DNA of 64,000 nucleotides from a bacterium (GTDB taxonomy: Bacteria > Electryoneota > JAOADG01): contig OY820579.1 of the NCBI GenBank assembly GCA_963681965.1, positions 4,160,001 through 4,224,000 on the forward strand, in the 5' to 3' direction. The translations under genes were made by a program, and so were the position numbers. A model generated the notes under the pieces. The model was not told the DNA's origin. It saw only the letters and a list, made by a program, of their open reading frames with translations, and made no database searches. How positions within the stretch are numbered: the first letter of the stretch is position 1; every line of letters starts with the position of its first letter. Below, piece by piece: positions 38,519-47,846 of the stretch.

Positions 38519-40705
38519 CTACTTCAATAACACCACTCGCTGCGTTGAATGATAATTTCCCGCCGTCAGATTGACAAAATAGGTTCCCGAACCAAGCGCC
38601 GCACGGTTGAATTGTACTGTGTGCAATCCCGCCGTCTGTTGCGAATTGACCAGCGACTGTACTTTACGACCGGAGACGTCGAACACGCTCATCGCCACAT
38701 CTGTTGCAACCGGTAGTGAATACCGAATAGTAGTTGTCGCATTGAATGGATTCGGATACGCCGCTGTCATTTCAATCTGATTCGGTAATGACTGAATTTG
38801 CATCTCACCGACTTCACTCAAATTAGTGGAGTTCAAAAATGTTAAAATCGACCGGTCGGCAACGATCACATGATTATTTTGTAGGTCGAGACCCAACGAT
38901 TGATCTGCCGAATAGAATGCACTATGAACGCGTAATCTTGACGGGTTGGAGATGTTTATACTTAGGACACCATCGCGACCTAGCGCCAGAAACAACTGGT
39001 TTCCGGTCGGATCGATCCGGGCATCAGAAACCTCCGACATCGTCGAACCGAAGATCAAAGAATCGAGGATCACGGGACGATTCACATTGCGGATATCCAT
39101 GGCATAGAGCGTTGCCGGATAATCGCAGAAGAAATACATCACATTGTTTCGAACTGCCAATGTCGACGCATTCGGATAGTCGCTCAATTGGAATTGTTCG
39201 AGAAATTCCGGGTGCGCAGGATCCGATACATCGAATGATTTATGCACACCGGATTGATCCAGATACAACGTCGCACCATCCAATTGAAATTTACTTCCCG
39301 TACACGTCGTATCGAAGTAATGCAAGACCCGCGTCGGAGCATCCGGGTGGGTAAAATCGAGGACATCGAATCCGTTACTCGTGCTGGCATAACAGTATGA
39401 ACCGAGCGTGACAATATCGTTGTAATGGAATTCGTTTTCTGTGGTCGATTGTAGATTTCCAACTTCTACTGGATGCCGAAAATCGGCGATATTCACTACG
39501 CTGATCCGGGTTCCGAAATTGGACAATACATACATCGAATTGCCGATGATCCGGTAATTGTAAATGACCGGGCTGGCTTCGTACAATCCACCCATCACCG
39601 GTTCGTTGATATTCGATAGATCGAATAATCGGATCGAACAATTCTGATTGATCGCTGCAGTCGATCCCGACATTCTCACCCCTTGAATGATACCGCAACG
39701 ATTGTACGAACCGATTTCGGTGGGATGCGACGGTTGCGATACATCGACTATCCGCAACCCGTATTCGATATCCGCTATATAGACCCGGTTACCGACGATA
39801 TCGAAATCGGGAATATATTGGGGCGGTCGATAGACACTGAGCAATTGTGGCGAAGCAGGTTGACTGATGTCGAGAATTGCCAAGGGACATTCGAAATAAT
39901 CGTATTGTGCAAACAGCAGATTTCCGCGGATCTTCACTTGATACACGGCTTCGGTAAACGACATTTGCGCAACTTGATAGATCGAATCTAGTCGAGCGAT
40001 ATTCAACGTAACCAGACCGCCAACCATGTCGGCAACATATGCATAATCGCCGGACACCGCGACGTCGCAGCAAAAATAGAAAAGCTCGTGTCGACCGATC
40101 CTGCGCGGCGCTGCCGGTTGACTGATATCGAACACCACAAAGTCGGCTCCGCCGGCAATATAGAGCCGGTTACCGACAATCATGCCATTGATCGCTTCGT
40201 GAATCGTCGTATCGAAATAAACAATTCGGTAGGTATTCAGCGACTGAATATATTGAGCAACCTGAAACCCTTCGGTGCCACAACAAAGGTAGACAATTTC
40301 ACCGTCCTGATAGGGTATCATCCGTTCGAGTCGGGAAGCAACCGGAGATATCCCGACGAATTCGGTCGAGAGTGATCGAGGGATTTTAAAGAATTGAGTT
40401 CCGCTATTGAGAAAAAGATAGTTCTCGGTAAGTGCGAGATTGCGACAGGGTTGGTTACTCAAATCCGATGGAATTTCAACCGGATTCGCGGGATTGGAAA
40501 TATTAAGCAATCGCAATCCGCTCTCGTTCGTGGCACAGTAAGCGATATTGCCCGATACCGCTACGCCGGTGACATTGCCGTACCAGGCATAGTCGAGACT
40601 TCGGATATAGGTCAGATTATCGGCTTCTTGAGCAAAAACCAACAATGGAAGAAATAAAATAATTGCAGAGATACGGCGGAACAGATATTCAGAGTTAATC
40701 GACAT
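38519..40705 (-). CDS. LVIVD-repeat beta-propeller protein with T9SS-type C-terminal domain
   Basis: Signal peptide; repeats such as YAYVAD..GGL, DISQP..P; YPNPFN...SGTYF...RVVLLK. Confidence 0.85.
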   Translation of the reverse strand: MSINSEYLFRRISAIILFLPLLVFAQEADNLTYIRSLDYAWYGNVTGVAVSGNIAYCATNESGLRLLNISNPANPVEIPSDLSNQPCRNLALTENYLFLNSGTQFFKIPRSLSTEFVGISPVASRLERMIPYQDGEIVYLCCGTEGFQVAQYIQSLNTYRIVYFDTTIHEAINGMIVGNRLYIAGGADFVVFDISQPAAPRRIGRHELFYFCCDVAVSGDYAYVADMVGGLVTLNIARLDSIYQVAQMSFTEAVYQVKIRGNLLFAQYDYFECPLAILDISQPASPQLLSVYRPPQYIPDFDIVGNRVYIADIEYGLRIVDVSQPSHPTEIGSYNRCGIIQGVRMSGSTAAINQNCSIRLFDLSNINEPVMGGLYEASPVIYNYRIIGNSMYVLSNFGTRISVVNIADFRHPVEVGNLQSTTENEFHYNDIVTLGSYCYASTSNGFDVLDFTHPDAPTRVLHYFDTTCTGSKFQLDGATLYLDQSGVHKSFDVSDPAHPEFLEQFQLSDYPNASTLAVRNNVMYFFCDYPATLYAMDIRNVNRPVILDSLIFGSTMSEVSDARIDPTGNQLFLALGRDGVLSINISNPSRLRVHSAFYSADQSLGLDLQNNHVIVADRSILTFLNSTNLSEVGEMQIQSLPNQIEMTAAYPNPFNATTTIRYSLPVATDVAMSVFDVSGRKVQSLVNSQQTAGLHTVQFNRAALGSGTYFVNLTAGNYHSTQRVVLLK

Positions 40706-41204
40706 GGCTTCCTCCTGTTCACAAAGTGAGAGAATCGAGACAGAAAAATGGGCAAAGAGCAGAATTCACTATTCCCAAATTAACACAAGAAATATTCAAT
40801 AACCAGTAAAATCAAAAGAAATAAATTATTTTTCCGATTTGGCGCAATACAATCCAATAAATTCGAGAATGTCATCTTAAATAAAAGTATTTTAATTATT
40901 TACGCTTCTCACCGAGAATGCATATTCAAATTTAATGATAGAGTAGAGGAGATTTATTTTAGAAATCTCATTCACTTGCATTGATTGTCTATCAAATTCA
41001 AAATATATTGTTATTGGGGGGATACGCTTGACGACATTGCATATTTGCGCGTCGGGTTTCCCAAATCTGGAAAAGAAATTCTCGACAATTAAATATGAAT
41101 AATGAAATCGGTGGGAACCATCATCTCGGCTCTCGCCAATTAATTCACCGATATAATTCTGTGAAGAATTGCAACCCTGATTAAGGTTGTCGAAAGGTGA
41201 ATTC

Positions 41205-43979
41205 ATGAACAAACGGAAGTGGCTGGTACTACCCTTTATTATCGCGATCGTCGCGGGTATCGTGGCGTATTTTGCCATTGAATCATTTGTCATGAATCAA
41301 GCCGAAAAAGATGTTCGCGATGTCCTGCTCTCGCACCGCGGAGTCCACCTTTACATCCAGTACACCATGCATCCGGAATTTTATCGCGCTCGCGACAACA
41401 AGGAAATTCCACTCGGTTACTATTCGCCGCAAATCCTCTCGTCATCGTATATGGTGCGAGTGTTACATGGCTATTACAATAAGGAACGGGAAATAGCCGG
41501 TTTGCAACCGATCTATTACAAGATGGCGGCGGACAATCCCCGCAATCCCGTCAATCGTGCTGATTCCAATGAAGTAAAATTGCTGAAATACTTCCGCGAG
41601 CATCCCACTATCAAAGAATACCACGCTGTCGAGCGGATCAATGGACAAACTTGTCTGGTATTTGCGATGCCGTTTTTACGCACCGAACAGCGTTGCCTCG
41701 TCTGTCACAGCACCCGCGACAAGGCGCCGCCCGGTGTGCAATCGCGCTACGAGGGAAACGGTGGATACGGTGATAGCGTCGGTAATATTCGCGCCGTGGA
41801 ATCGCTCCGGGTTCCGATCGATCAGGAGCAGGTTGCCGTTCAAGTCGCATCTCTTGCTACATTGGCAGGTTTCGGTGCAATTGCCGGTCTGTTTATTTTC
41901 AGCCGCAAATTACGGCAGTCAGTGTTGAACCGCACTCTGGATTTGTCATCGCGCGAATTGACTTCACGCCGATTGTTGGAAGCGGCGAAAGCAGTACCGA
42001 TCGAATATATCCCGTCGGAGGATCTGTTCACTCACGTTGGTGGACAAATCCAACAGATACTCGGTATCGATCCGTCGAAATTGCGTACCCGTGCCGATCT
42101 GGAAGCGTTAGTCGTGCAACCCGATCGCGACAATGCGTTGCTTCAGTGCTGGCAGGAAATAGAAAACCACCGCGACCACGAATGTGAAATTCGCATGATC
42201 GATCGTCGATCCGGGCAAGTAAAGATTTTGCACTTGGCGATCAATATCGTTACCGAAACCGGTCGAAAAATAAAAGCTGTCGGATTCCTGCACGATGTGA
42301 CCGAAGACCGACAGCGGGAAGCAATTGTCAAAGCGCGATTGCGGATTACCGAAGCGGCATTTTCCAAATCGCTTGACGATGTTTCCCTCACGATAACCAA
42401 TGTTGCCGAGGAACTAACCGACAGCGAAATTGCGTTTCTACATTTGGTCGATCACGGAGAAAGTGCATTCACTCTGACGCAATGGTCGACGAATACTTTA
42501 AAGAATTGCGAACCGACTGCCCGCAGAATGCATTACCCCGCCGAACAGGCAGGCATCTGGGCAGACAGTCTCCGGCAACGAAAAGTAGTGATTCATAATG
42601 ATTATAGTTCCGAAGCGAATCGCAAAGGATTACCGGATGGACATGCCCCGTTGTTACGCGAGTTAGTAGTACCCATCTTCAACGGTTCATCGATCATTGC
42701 ACTGCTCGGCGTCGGGAATAAAAAGAGCGACTATACCGACTTCGATGTCGACTCGATCAAGCAGTTACTGGATCTAGTTGCGGAAATTATCCTGCGAAAA
42801 CAGGCTGAGGAAGATGCCCGACGAATGCACGAGCATTTGCAACAAGCACAGAAAGTGGAAGCGATCGGTCGACTCGCGGGAGGCGTCGCACACGATTTCA
42901 ACAATATGCTCAGCGTCATTATCGGTCATGCCGAAATTGCGATGAACATCACTCCGGATAATTCCAGCATTCAGGAAAATTTGCGGGAAATCAGCAATGC
43001 CGCCGATCGATCGGCTTCGATCACCCGGCAGTTGCTCGCGTTTGCACGTCGATCGATTACCACCCCGAAGATACTCGATTTGAATCTAACCGTCGAAGAG
43101 ATGTTGAAAATGCTGAAACGGTTGATCGGCGAGGATATCGAGTTGAATTGGGTACCCGGTAAGAACATTGGAAAAGTGAAAATCGATCCGTCGCAAGTCG
43201 ATCAACTCTTGGTGAATTTAGCGACCAATGCGCGCGACGCGATTAAAGGAAATGGTCGAATCGTCGTAGAGACGGCGAGTGTAGAATTCGACGATCAGTA
43301 TGTTCAGACACACCCCGGTACTTTGTTTGGTCGTTACGTAATGTTGGCTGTGACCGATTCCGGCTGCGGTATCCCGAAAGACATGATCGACAATATTTTC
43401 GAACCGTTTTTCACCACCAAGGATCTGGGTAAAGGAACCGGTCTGGGACTTGCAACGGTATTCGGAATCGTCAAACAGAATGGCGGTTTCATCAACGTAT
43501 ATAGCGAACTGAATGAAGGCACTGTTTTTAAGCTTTATCTGCCAAGTGTGGTCGATGATGTCGAGCAGTCGACCAATGGCAATCGTGAGATCGCACCCTC
43601 GGACTATTCTGGTAGCGAGACCATCTTAATTGTCGAAGATGAAGCCGCAATTCTCGAACTAACACGCCGGATCCTGCACGATCTGGGATACAAGGTGTTG
43701 ACTGCGGGCGGTCCTGACATTGCCGTGGAGATTGCCGGAAGTTATCGCGAGAAAATCGATTTACTCATCACCGATGTGGTGATGCCGGGAATGAATGGAC
43801 GCGACTTATCGGACAAGATTCGTGAACTCCATCCCGAGGCGAAGAATTTATTTATGTCCGGATACACTTCGGATGTGATGCTGCAGCGGAAACTCTTCGA
43901 CAGTGAAACGAGCTTTCTGGTCAAACCGTTTGCGCTGAATGACCTTGGTAAGCGCGTCCGACAGCTCTTGAGCAGTTAA
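41205..43979 (+). CDS. Hybrid sensor kinase: DUF3365 heme-c domain, PAS, GAF, HisKA, HATPase, REC
   Basis: NPRNPVN and CLVCH between two TM helices; AGGVAHDFNN; EPFFTTK..GKGTGLGL; VEDE, DVVMP, SGY, KPF. Confidence 0.9.
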   Translation: MNKRKWLVLPFIIAIVAGIVAYFAIESFVMNQAEKDVRDVLLSHRGVHLYIQYTMHPEFYRARDNKEIPLGYYSPQILSSSYMVRVLHGYYNKEREIAGLQPIYYKMAADNPRNPVNRADSNEVKLLKYFREHPTIKEYHAVERINGQTCLVFAMPFLRTEQRCLVCHSTRDKAPPGVQSRYEGNGGYGDSVGNIRAVESLRVPIDQEQVAVQVASLATLAGFGAIAGLFIFSRKLRQSVLNRTLDLSSRELTSRRLLEAAKAVPIEYIPSEDLFTHVGGQIQQILGIDPSKLRTRADLEALVVQPDRDNALLQCWQEIENHRDHECEIRMIDRRSGQVKILHLAINIVTETGRKIKAVGFLHDVTEDRQREAIVKARLRITEAAFSKSLDDVSLTITNVAEELTDSEIAFLHLVDHGESAFTLTQWSTNTLKNCEPTARRMHYPAEQAGIWADSLRQRKVVIHNDYSSEANRKGLPDGHAPLLRELVVPIFNGSSIIALLGVGNKKSDYTDFDVDSIKQLLDLVAEIILRKQAEEDARRMHEHLQQAQKVEAIGRLAGGVAHDFNNMLSVIIGHAEIAMNITPDNSSIQENLREISNAADRSASITRQLLAFARRSITTPKILDLNLTVEEMLKMLKRLIGEDIELNWVPGKNIGKVKIDPSQVDQLLVNLATNARDAIKGNGRIVVETASVEFDDQYVQTHPGTLFGRYVMLAVTDSGCGIPKDMIDNIFEPFFTTKDLGKGTGLGLATVFGIVKQNGGFINVYSELNEGTVFKLYLPSVVDDVEQSTNGNREIAPSDYSGSETILIVEDEAAILELTRRILHDLGYKVLTAGGPDIAVEIAGSYREKIDLLITDVVMPGMNGRDLSDKIRELHPEAKNLFMSGYTSDVMLQRKLFDSETSFLVKPFALNDLGKRVRQLLSS

Positions 43980-44008
43980 ATCGCGGTCGATTGCAACACA
44001 TCTTTTCG

Positions 44009-44730
44009 GTAGGTCGGAATTTATTCCGACTCTTTTTTTTAGTAGGGGCGGGTCCCCGCGCCCGCCCGTTTTTGCATCTTTATTTTTTATCTTTTCCTTT
44101 CACCCATCACCTACCCCCCACCACCCATCTTTTCGGTATGTCGGAATTTATTCCGACTCTTTCGTTTTTAGTAGGGGCGGGTCCCCACACCCGCCCGTTT
44201 TTGCATCTTTATTTTTTATCTTTTCCCATCACCCATCACCTTCCCCCCATCACCCTCCTATCTTGTCGTTGCGAGGAACGCAGCGAAGGAACGTGCGTAG
44301 CACTTCCGAAGCGAAGAGACGAAGCAATCCTGAAAGGCTCACCATAGGTAATCTCTTTTTTTGTAGGTACAGACAAGAGTGTCTGTCGCTACAACTTAAA
44401 AAAAACGGGCGGTTCACGAACCGCCCCTACCAAAGAAGAATAAACAAAAAATGAGTAGGTTGCCACATGCGCCGAACGGTGCATTCGCAGCGACCAATTA
44501 ATAAAAAAGATGCGGGCGTCCGCGGAGGGTCGCCCCTACTGCAGGATAAAGGATACAAGAAAAATGATACATGATCGGGCGGGCATGGGAGCCAGCCCCT
44601 ACTTCAAGATGCAAGACTAATACGCGGACCTTTTTAGTCCGTTGTAACCGATTTTTTCCCTACTACCCAACCCCTATCTCCTATCACCCATCTTTTCCCC
44701 CAACACCTACCACCCAACACCCACTACCCA
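44009..44730. repeat. Mosaic REP-like cluster with 129-bp duplication and heptamer tracts
   Basis: GTAGGGGCGGGTCCCC at 44042 and 44171; + hairpins on the left, - hairpins on the right. Confidence 0.85.
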
Positions 44731-44765
44731 TCCTGTCCCGAAGAACCATGTATTAAGCACAAAAT

Positions 44766-44794
44766 TTGCGTTTCGCATCCGCTCGCGTTAAGTT
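44766..44794 (+). promoter_or_regulatory. Sigma70-type promoter of the riboswitch transcript
   Basis: TTGCGT-17-TAAGTT predicts a TSS near 44801, the first base of the riboswitch P1. Confidence 0.55.
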
Positions 44795-44800
44795 GATCCC

Positions 44801-44987
44801 ATCGAAGTGCATTTGCTTCATCGGGAATCCCGTGTAAATCGGGAACGGCCCCCGCCACAGTTAGCGTCGCAAGCGAGTCTTATCTGCTTTGCCACTGACC
44901 GGCACGATCGCAATCGCGGTTGACCGGTTGGGAAGGCGACTCGATCAACCTCACCGTTGATACGCAAGTCTGGAAACCGGCTTCGAT
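44801..44987 (+). ncRNA. Cobalamin (B12) riboswitch
   Basis: P1 ATCGAAG/CTTCGAT; GGGAATCCCGTGTAAATCGGGAACGGCCCCCGCCAC; GCCACTG...GGGAAGGC; B12-box-like AAGTCTGGAAACCGGC. Confidence 0.9.
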
Positions 44988-45119
44988 ACCCTATTGACCA
45001 ATGCCCGCGGGGAGTGGGTGCGGTACGCCGTGTTTCCATTTTTTTTAATTTCTACACGCGACCTGCCCGATTCTAGAATCTCCCGCGATCAAATATTTCT
45101 CATTGGAACGGGAGGTCCG

Positions 45120-46472
45120 ATGTTTCGTATGTCCGAAAATCTATCTACAACCATTCGACTATTCATTCTCACAATTGTTTTGCTGCTCGTCGCTACTACC
45201 AGTTGGGCAACCTTTCCCGATGATCCCGGCTTCTTTGTAATCCGTGGCTTTTCCAATGCGCATCTGATCTGGTTGCCATCCGATAATTCGACACCCACCG
45301 ATCTTGGTGCACTCGGAGCCGGTGCGACGCGCGTCCACATCGCCGCCGGATTCATTTTAATCACTCATGCCGGAAGTTTATCAACCGGCGCCGGTAGCAG
45401 TCTCTGGTATGCACCACTCTCCGAAATCGGAATGTCGATCCGTCAGCATCGATCGCCGAATTGGACGGTATGCCCCTTTGCCGATTTCTCGAATGCATAC
45501 GATGTCGCCTACGCCAACGGTTTCGCCTGGGTAACCCTGCTCGGTACCAATCAGTTGACTCAAGTCAATCTGACAACCAACACCATCGTTGCTACGCAGC
45601 CGACAGTCGCCAATCCACAGGACATTCTTACCGCGAATAACAAATTGTATGTGTCCGGTTCCGGATTCGGTTCCGGTCGAAAAGTCGGAATCCATTATCC
45701 GGGTGGACAATCCCGCGATTCAATTACAGTCGGAATCAATCCTCAGGGACTTGCAGTCAATCCTGCCACTGGCATCGTCTATGTTGCGTGTTCCGGTTCC
45801 AGTTGGGGAAATCCTACCGTTCCCGGCAGCATCGCAATCATCCGTCCCGACAATTCCGACACCGTACTGTCATTGCCGCAATCAGCGTTCTACCCTTCTT
45901 CCGTAACGATGACTGCATCTGGTTCGATCTACTTCGCCGATGAGTACAGTACTCCGCATCTGGTACAACTCACTGAACCGACACCGAGTCATTTCTCAAT
46001 TACACCACTGCAACTATCCGGTGGCTGGAGTCTCCTTGCTGCACCCGATAGCGGCATCTTCATTGCATCGTCGACCACCAATACGATCTGTCACTATTCG
46101 GCAACGCAACAATTATTGCAAACATTCAACCCCGGTGGTGTTCCGGCAGGTCTGGTTTTTTGGAGTGGTCAATCGACAACCAGTGTCGAACAAGAACCCG
46201 CGCAGCTTACTAATTACACGATACTCCGTGCCTATCCGAATCCATTCAATGCGCAATCGACCATCGAATATCGACTCCCGAACGCAACCGATGTGCGTGT
46301 GACTGTGACCGATCTTCAGGGTCGCGAAATCGCAGTGTTGACAACTGGTGTCGAACCTGCTGGAATGCATCGTATCCGGTTCGATGGTTCGACTTTTGCC
46401 AGCGGTACTTACTATCTCGTGCTGACTGCAAATCAGGTACGTTCCATTAGACCGCTGCAGCTTGTGAAGTAA
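45120..46472 (+). CDS. Secreted YncE/YVTN beta-propeller (BtuG-like) with T9SS-type C-terminal domain
   Basis: GGAGG RBS; SPI signal peptide; ITVGINPQGLAVNPATGIVYVACSG blades; YPNPFN...SGTYY...LQLVK; first gene after the riboswitch. Confidence 0.75.
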   Translation: MFRMSENLSTTIRLFILTIVLLLVATTSWATFPDDPGFFVIRGFSNAHLIWLPSDNSTPTDLGALGAGATRVHIAAGFILITHAGSLSTGAGSSLWYAPLSEIGMSIRQHRSPNWTVCPFADFSNAYDVAYANGFAWVTLLGTNQLTQVNLTTNTIVATQPTVANPQDILTANNKLYVSGSGFGSGRKVGIHYPGGQSRDSITVGINPQGLAVNPATGIVYVACSGSSWGNPTVPGSIAIIRPDNSDTVLSLPQSAFYPSSVTMTASGSIYFADEYSTPHLVQLTEPTPSHFSITPLQLSGGWSLLAAPDSGIFIASSTTNTICHYSATQQLLQTFNPGGVPAGLVFWSGQSTTSVEQEPAQLTNYTILRAYPNPFNAQSTIEYRLPNATDVRVTVTDLQGREIAVLTTGVEPAGMHRIRFDGSTFASGTYYLVLTANQVRSIRPLQLVK

Positions 46473-46474
46473 CG

Positions 46475-47128
46475 ATGATTCGCAGAGCATCGTACACTGC
46501 GCTCTCGCTGATAGTGTTACTACTGCTTGGCAGCAGTGGCTGCGAACGCTCGTCGAGCAATTCACCACTGACACAACGCGATCCGAATCCGTGGGGAGAT
46601 GAAGTTGTATCGATTCACTACGGAACCAATGCCGGATTCGGTCAACCGTATTTTCCGGGTAATATTTTAGGCGGACCCGATACATCGGCATCGTGGTTTT
46701 CGCCGGCATACGATCCGCAACAATTACTAACTCTGGGGCGTGGCGGCGAGATCGTGCTGGCGTTCCGCGATGGCGGAATTTACGATTCCAGTGGTGCCGA
46801 CTTCACTGTTTTCAGCAATCCATTCGAAGTCCATGCTTCCGGAGAATTCTATCGTAAATGCGGGATTGTTTCAGTCAGTGAGGACGGGTTACACTGGCAC
46901 GAATTTCCATTCGATACCACTACCTTTCGCGGATTGTGTGGTGCCACTCCGACCAACGGTTCGGCGAATCCGCTTGATCCTGCCGTCAGCGGCGGCGATT
47001 CGTTCGATCTGTCCGATATCGGATTGAATCATGCGGTATTTGTTAAAATAACCGATGCCGCCGACCGAGTTCCGGATAGTGGCGATTCGTTTAATTTGGA
47101 TGCCGTTGTCGCCATCCACGGTGGGTGA
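46475..47128 (+). CDS. Lipoprotein resembling Bacteroidetes cell-surface/BtuH-type domain
   Basis: Lipobox LLLGSSGC; LTLGRGGEIVLAF, G.DFTVFSNPF, VSVSEDG..W.EF, GGDSFDL, LDAV; 2 nt from the upstream gene. Confidence 0.6.
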   Translation: MIRRASYTALSLIVLLLLGSSGCERSSSNSPLTQRDPNPWGDEVVSIHYGTNAGFGQPYFPGNILGGPDTSASWFSPAYDPQQLLTLGRGGEIVLAFRDGGIYDSSGADFTVFSNPFEVHASGEFYRKCGIVSVSEDGLHWHEFPFDTTTFRGLCGATPTNGSANPLDPAVSGGDSFDLSDIGLNHAVFVKITDAADRVPDSGDSFNLDAVVAIHGG

Positions 47129-47180
47129 TCAATAATTGTATCTGGGAAATATTCGGAGGTGAGATTTCAACACCGATCAA

Positions 47181-47828
47181 TTATTGAGGGGTTGGATTCG
47201 ATTGTTCAGATATAATGCCGTTGTGATGCGGTGGATCCCATGGCATTGTGTGTGCCCCTTGGAATAAAATCATCCTGCCGTACGGGATACCAGGTTTGAT
47301 CAAGGCGAGACCGCAATTACCGAGCCGTAGTGGCATCGCCGGCGATTCCGGTAAACCGAGTGCACTGAAAATCACACAATTCAATATCGCCTGATGCGCA
47401 ACGACCAACGGTACCCTCGTCTCATTGCGCAACATTGCAACAAATTCGGATCCGCGATGACACAATTCCCTTTTCGATTCGCCATGCGGATACCTGAAAT
47501 CGAGATCATCCCACACGATCGAAAAATCAGGATGATTCTGCAGATATGCTTCGAGACTTTCCCCTTCTGCATCGCCGCAATTCCACTCCATTAACCGTTC
47601 GTCGAGAATCAACGGCAGCTTGAGTGCGTTGGCGACAACCTCCGCAGTATTTCTGGCACGCAGCAGTGGAGAAGAATAAATGATTTCGGGTAATGGATCG
47701 AATTGGGTGGTATCGACTAACTGGTGAGCTTGCTGTCGACCGAGATCGGAAAGGGGAATGTCGGATTTACCTTGAATGCGATGATGACGATTGAATTCAG
47801 TTGCACCGTGCCGTAAAAACCACCACAT
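47181..47828 (-). CDS. Histidine phosphatase family (CobC/GpmB-like)
   Basis: LRHGAT, QG..D.PLS..G..QA, SSPLLRA, PHGES, VVAHQ. Confidence 0.88.
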   Translation of the reverse strand: MWWFLRHGATEFNRHHRIQGKSDIPLSDLGRQQAHQLVDTTQFDPLPEIIYSSPLLRARNTAEVVANALKLPLILDERLMEWNCGDAEGESLEAYLQNHPDFSIVWDDLDFRYPHGESKRELCHRGSEFVAMLRNETRVPLVVAHQAILNCVIFSALGLPESPAMPLRLGNCGLALIKPGIPYGRMILFQGAHTMPWDPPHHNGIISEQSNPTPQ

Positions 47829-47846
47829 CGCGCATCCTCAAAGTTC

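Noticed and set aside
40892-41293. 133-aa minus-strand ORF in the AT-rich spacer
   Set aside because: Overlaps the kinase start antisense and has no RBS or motifs
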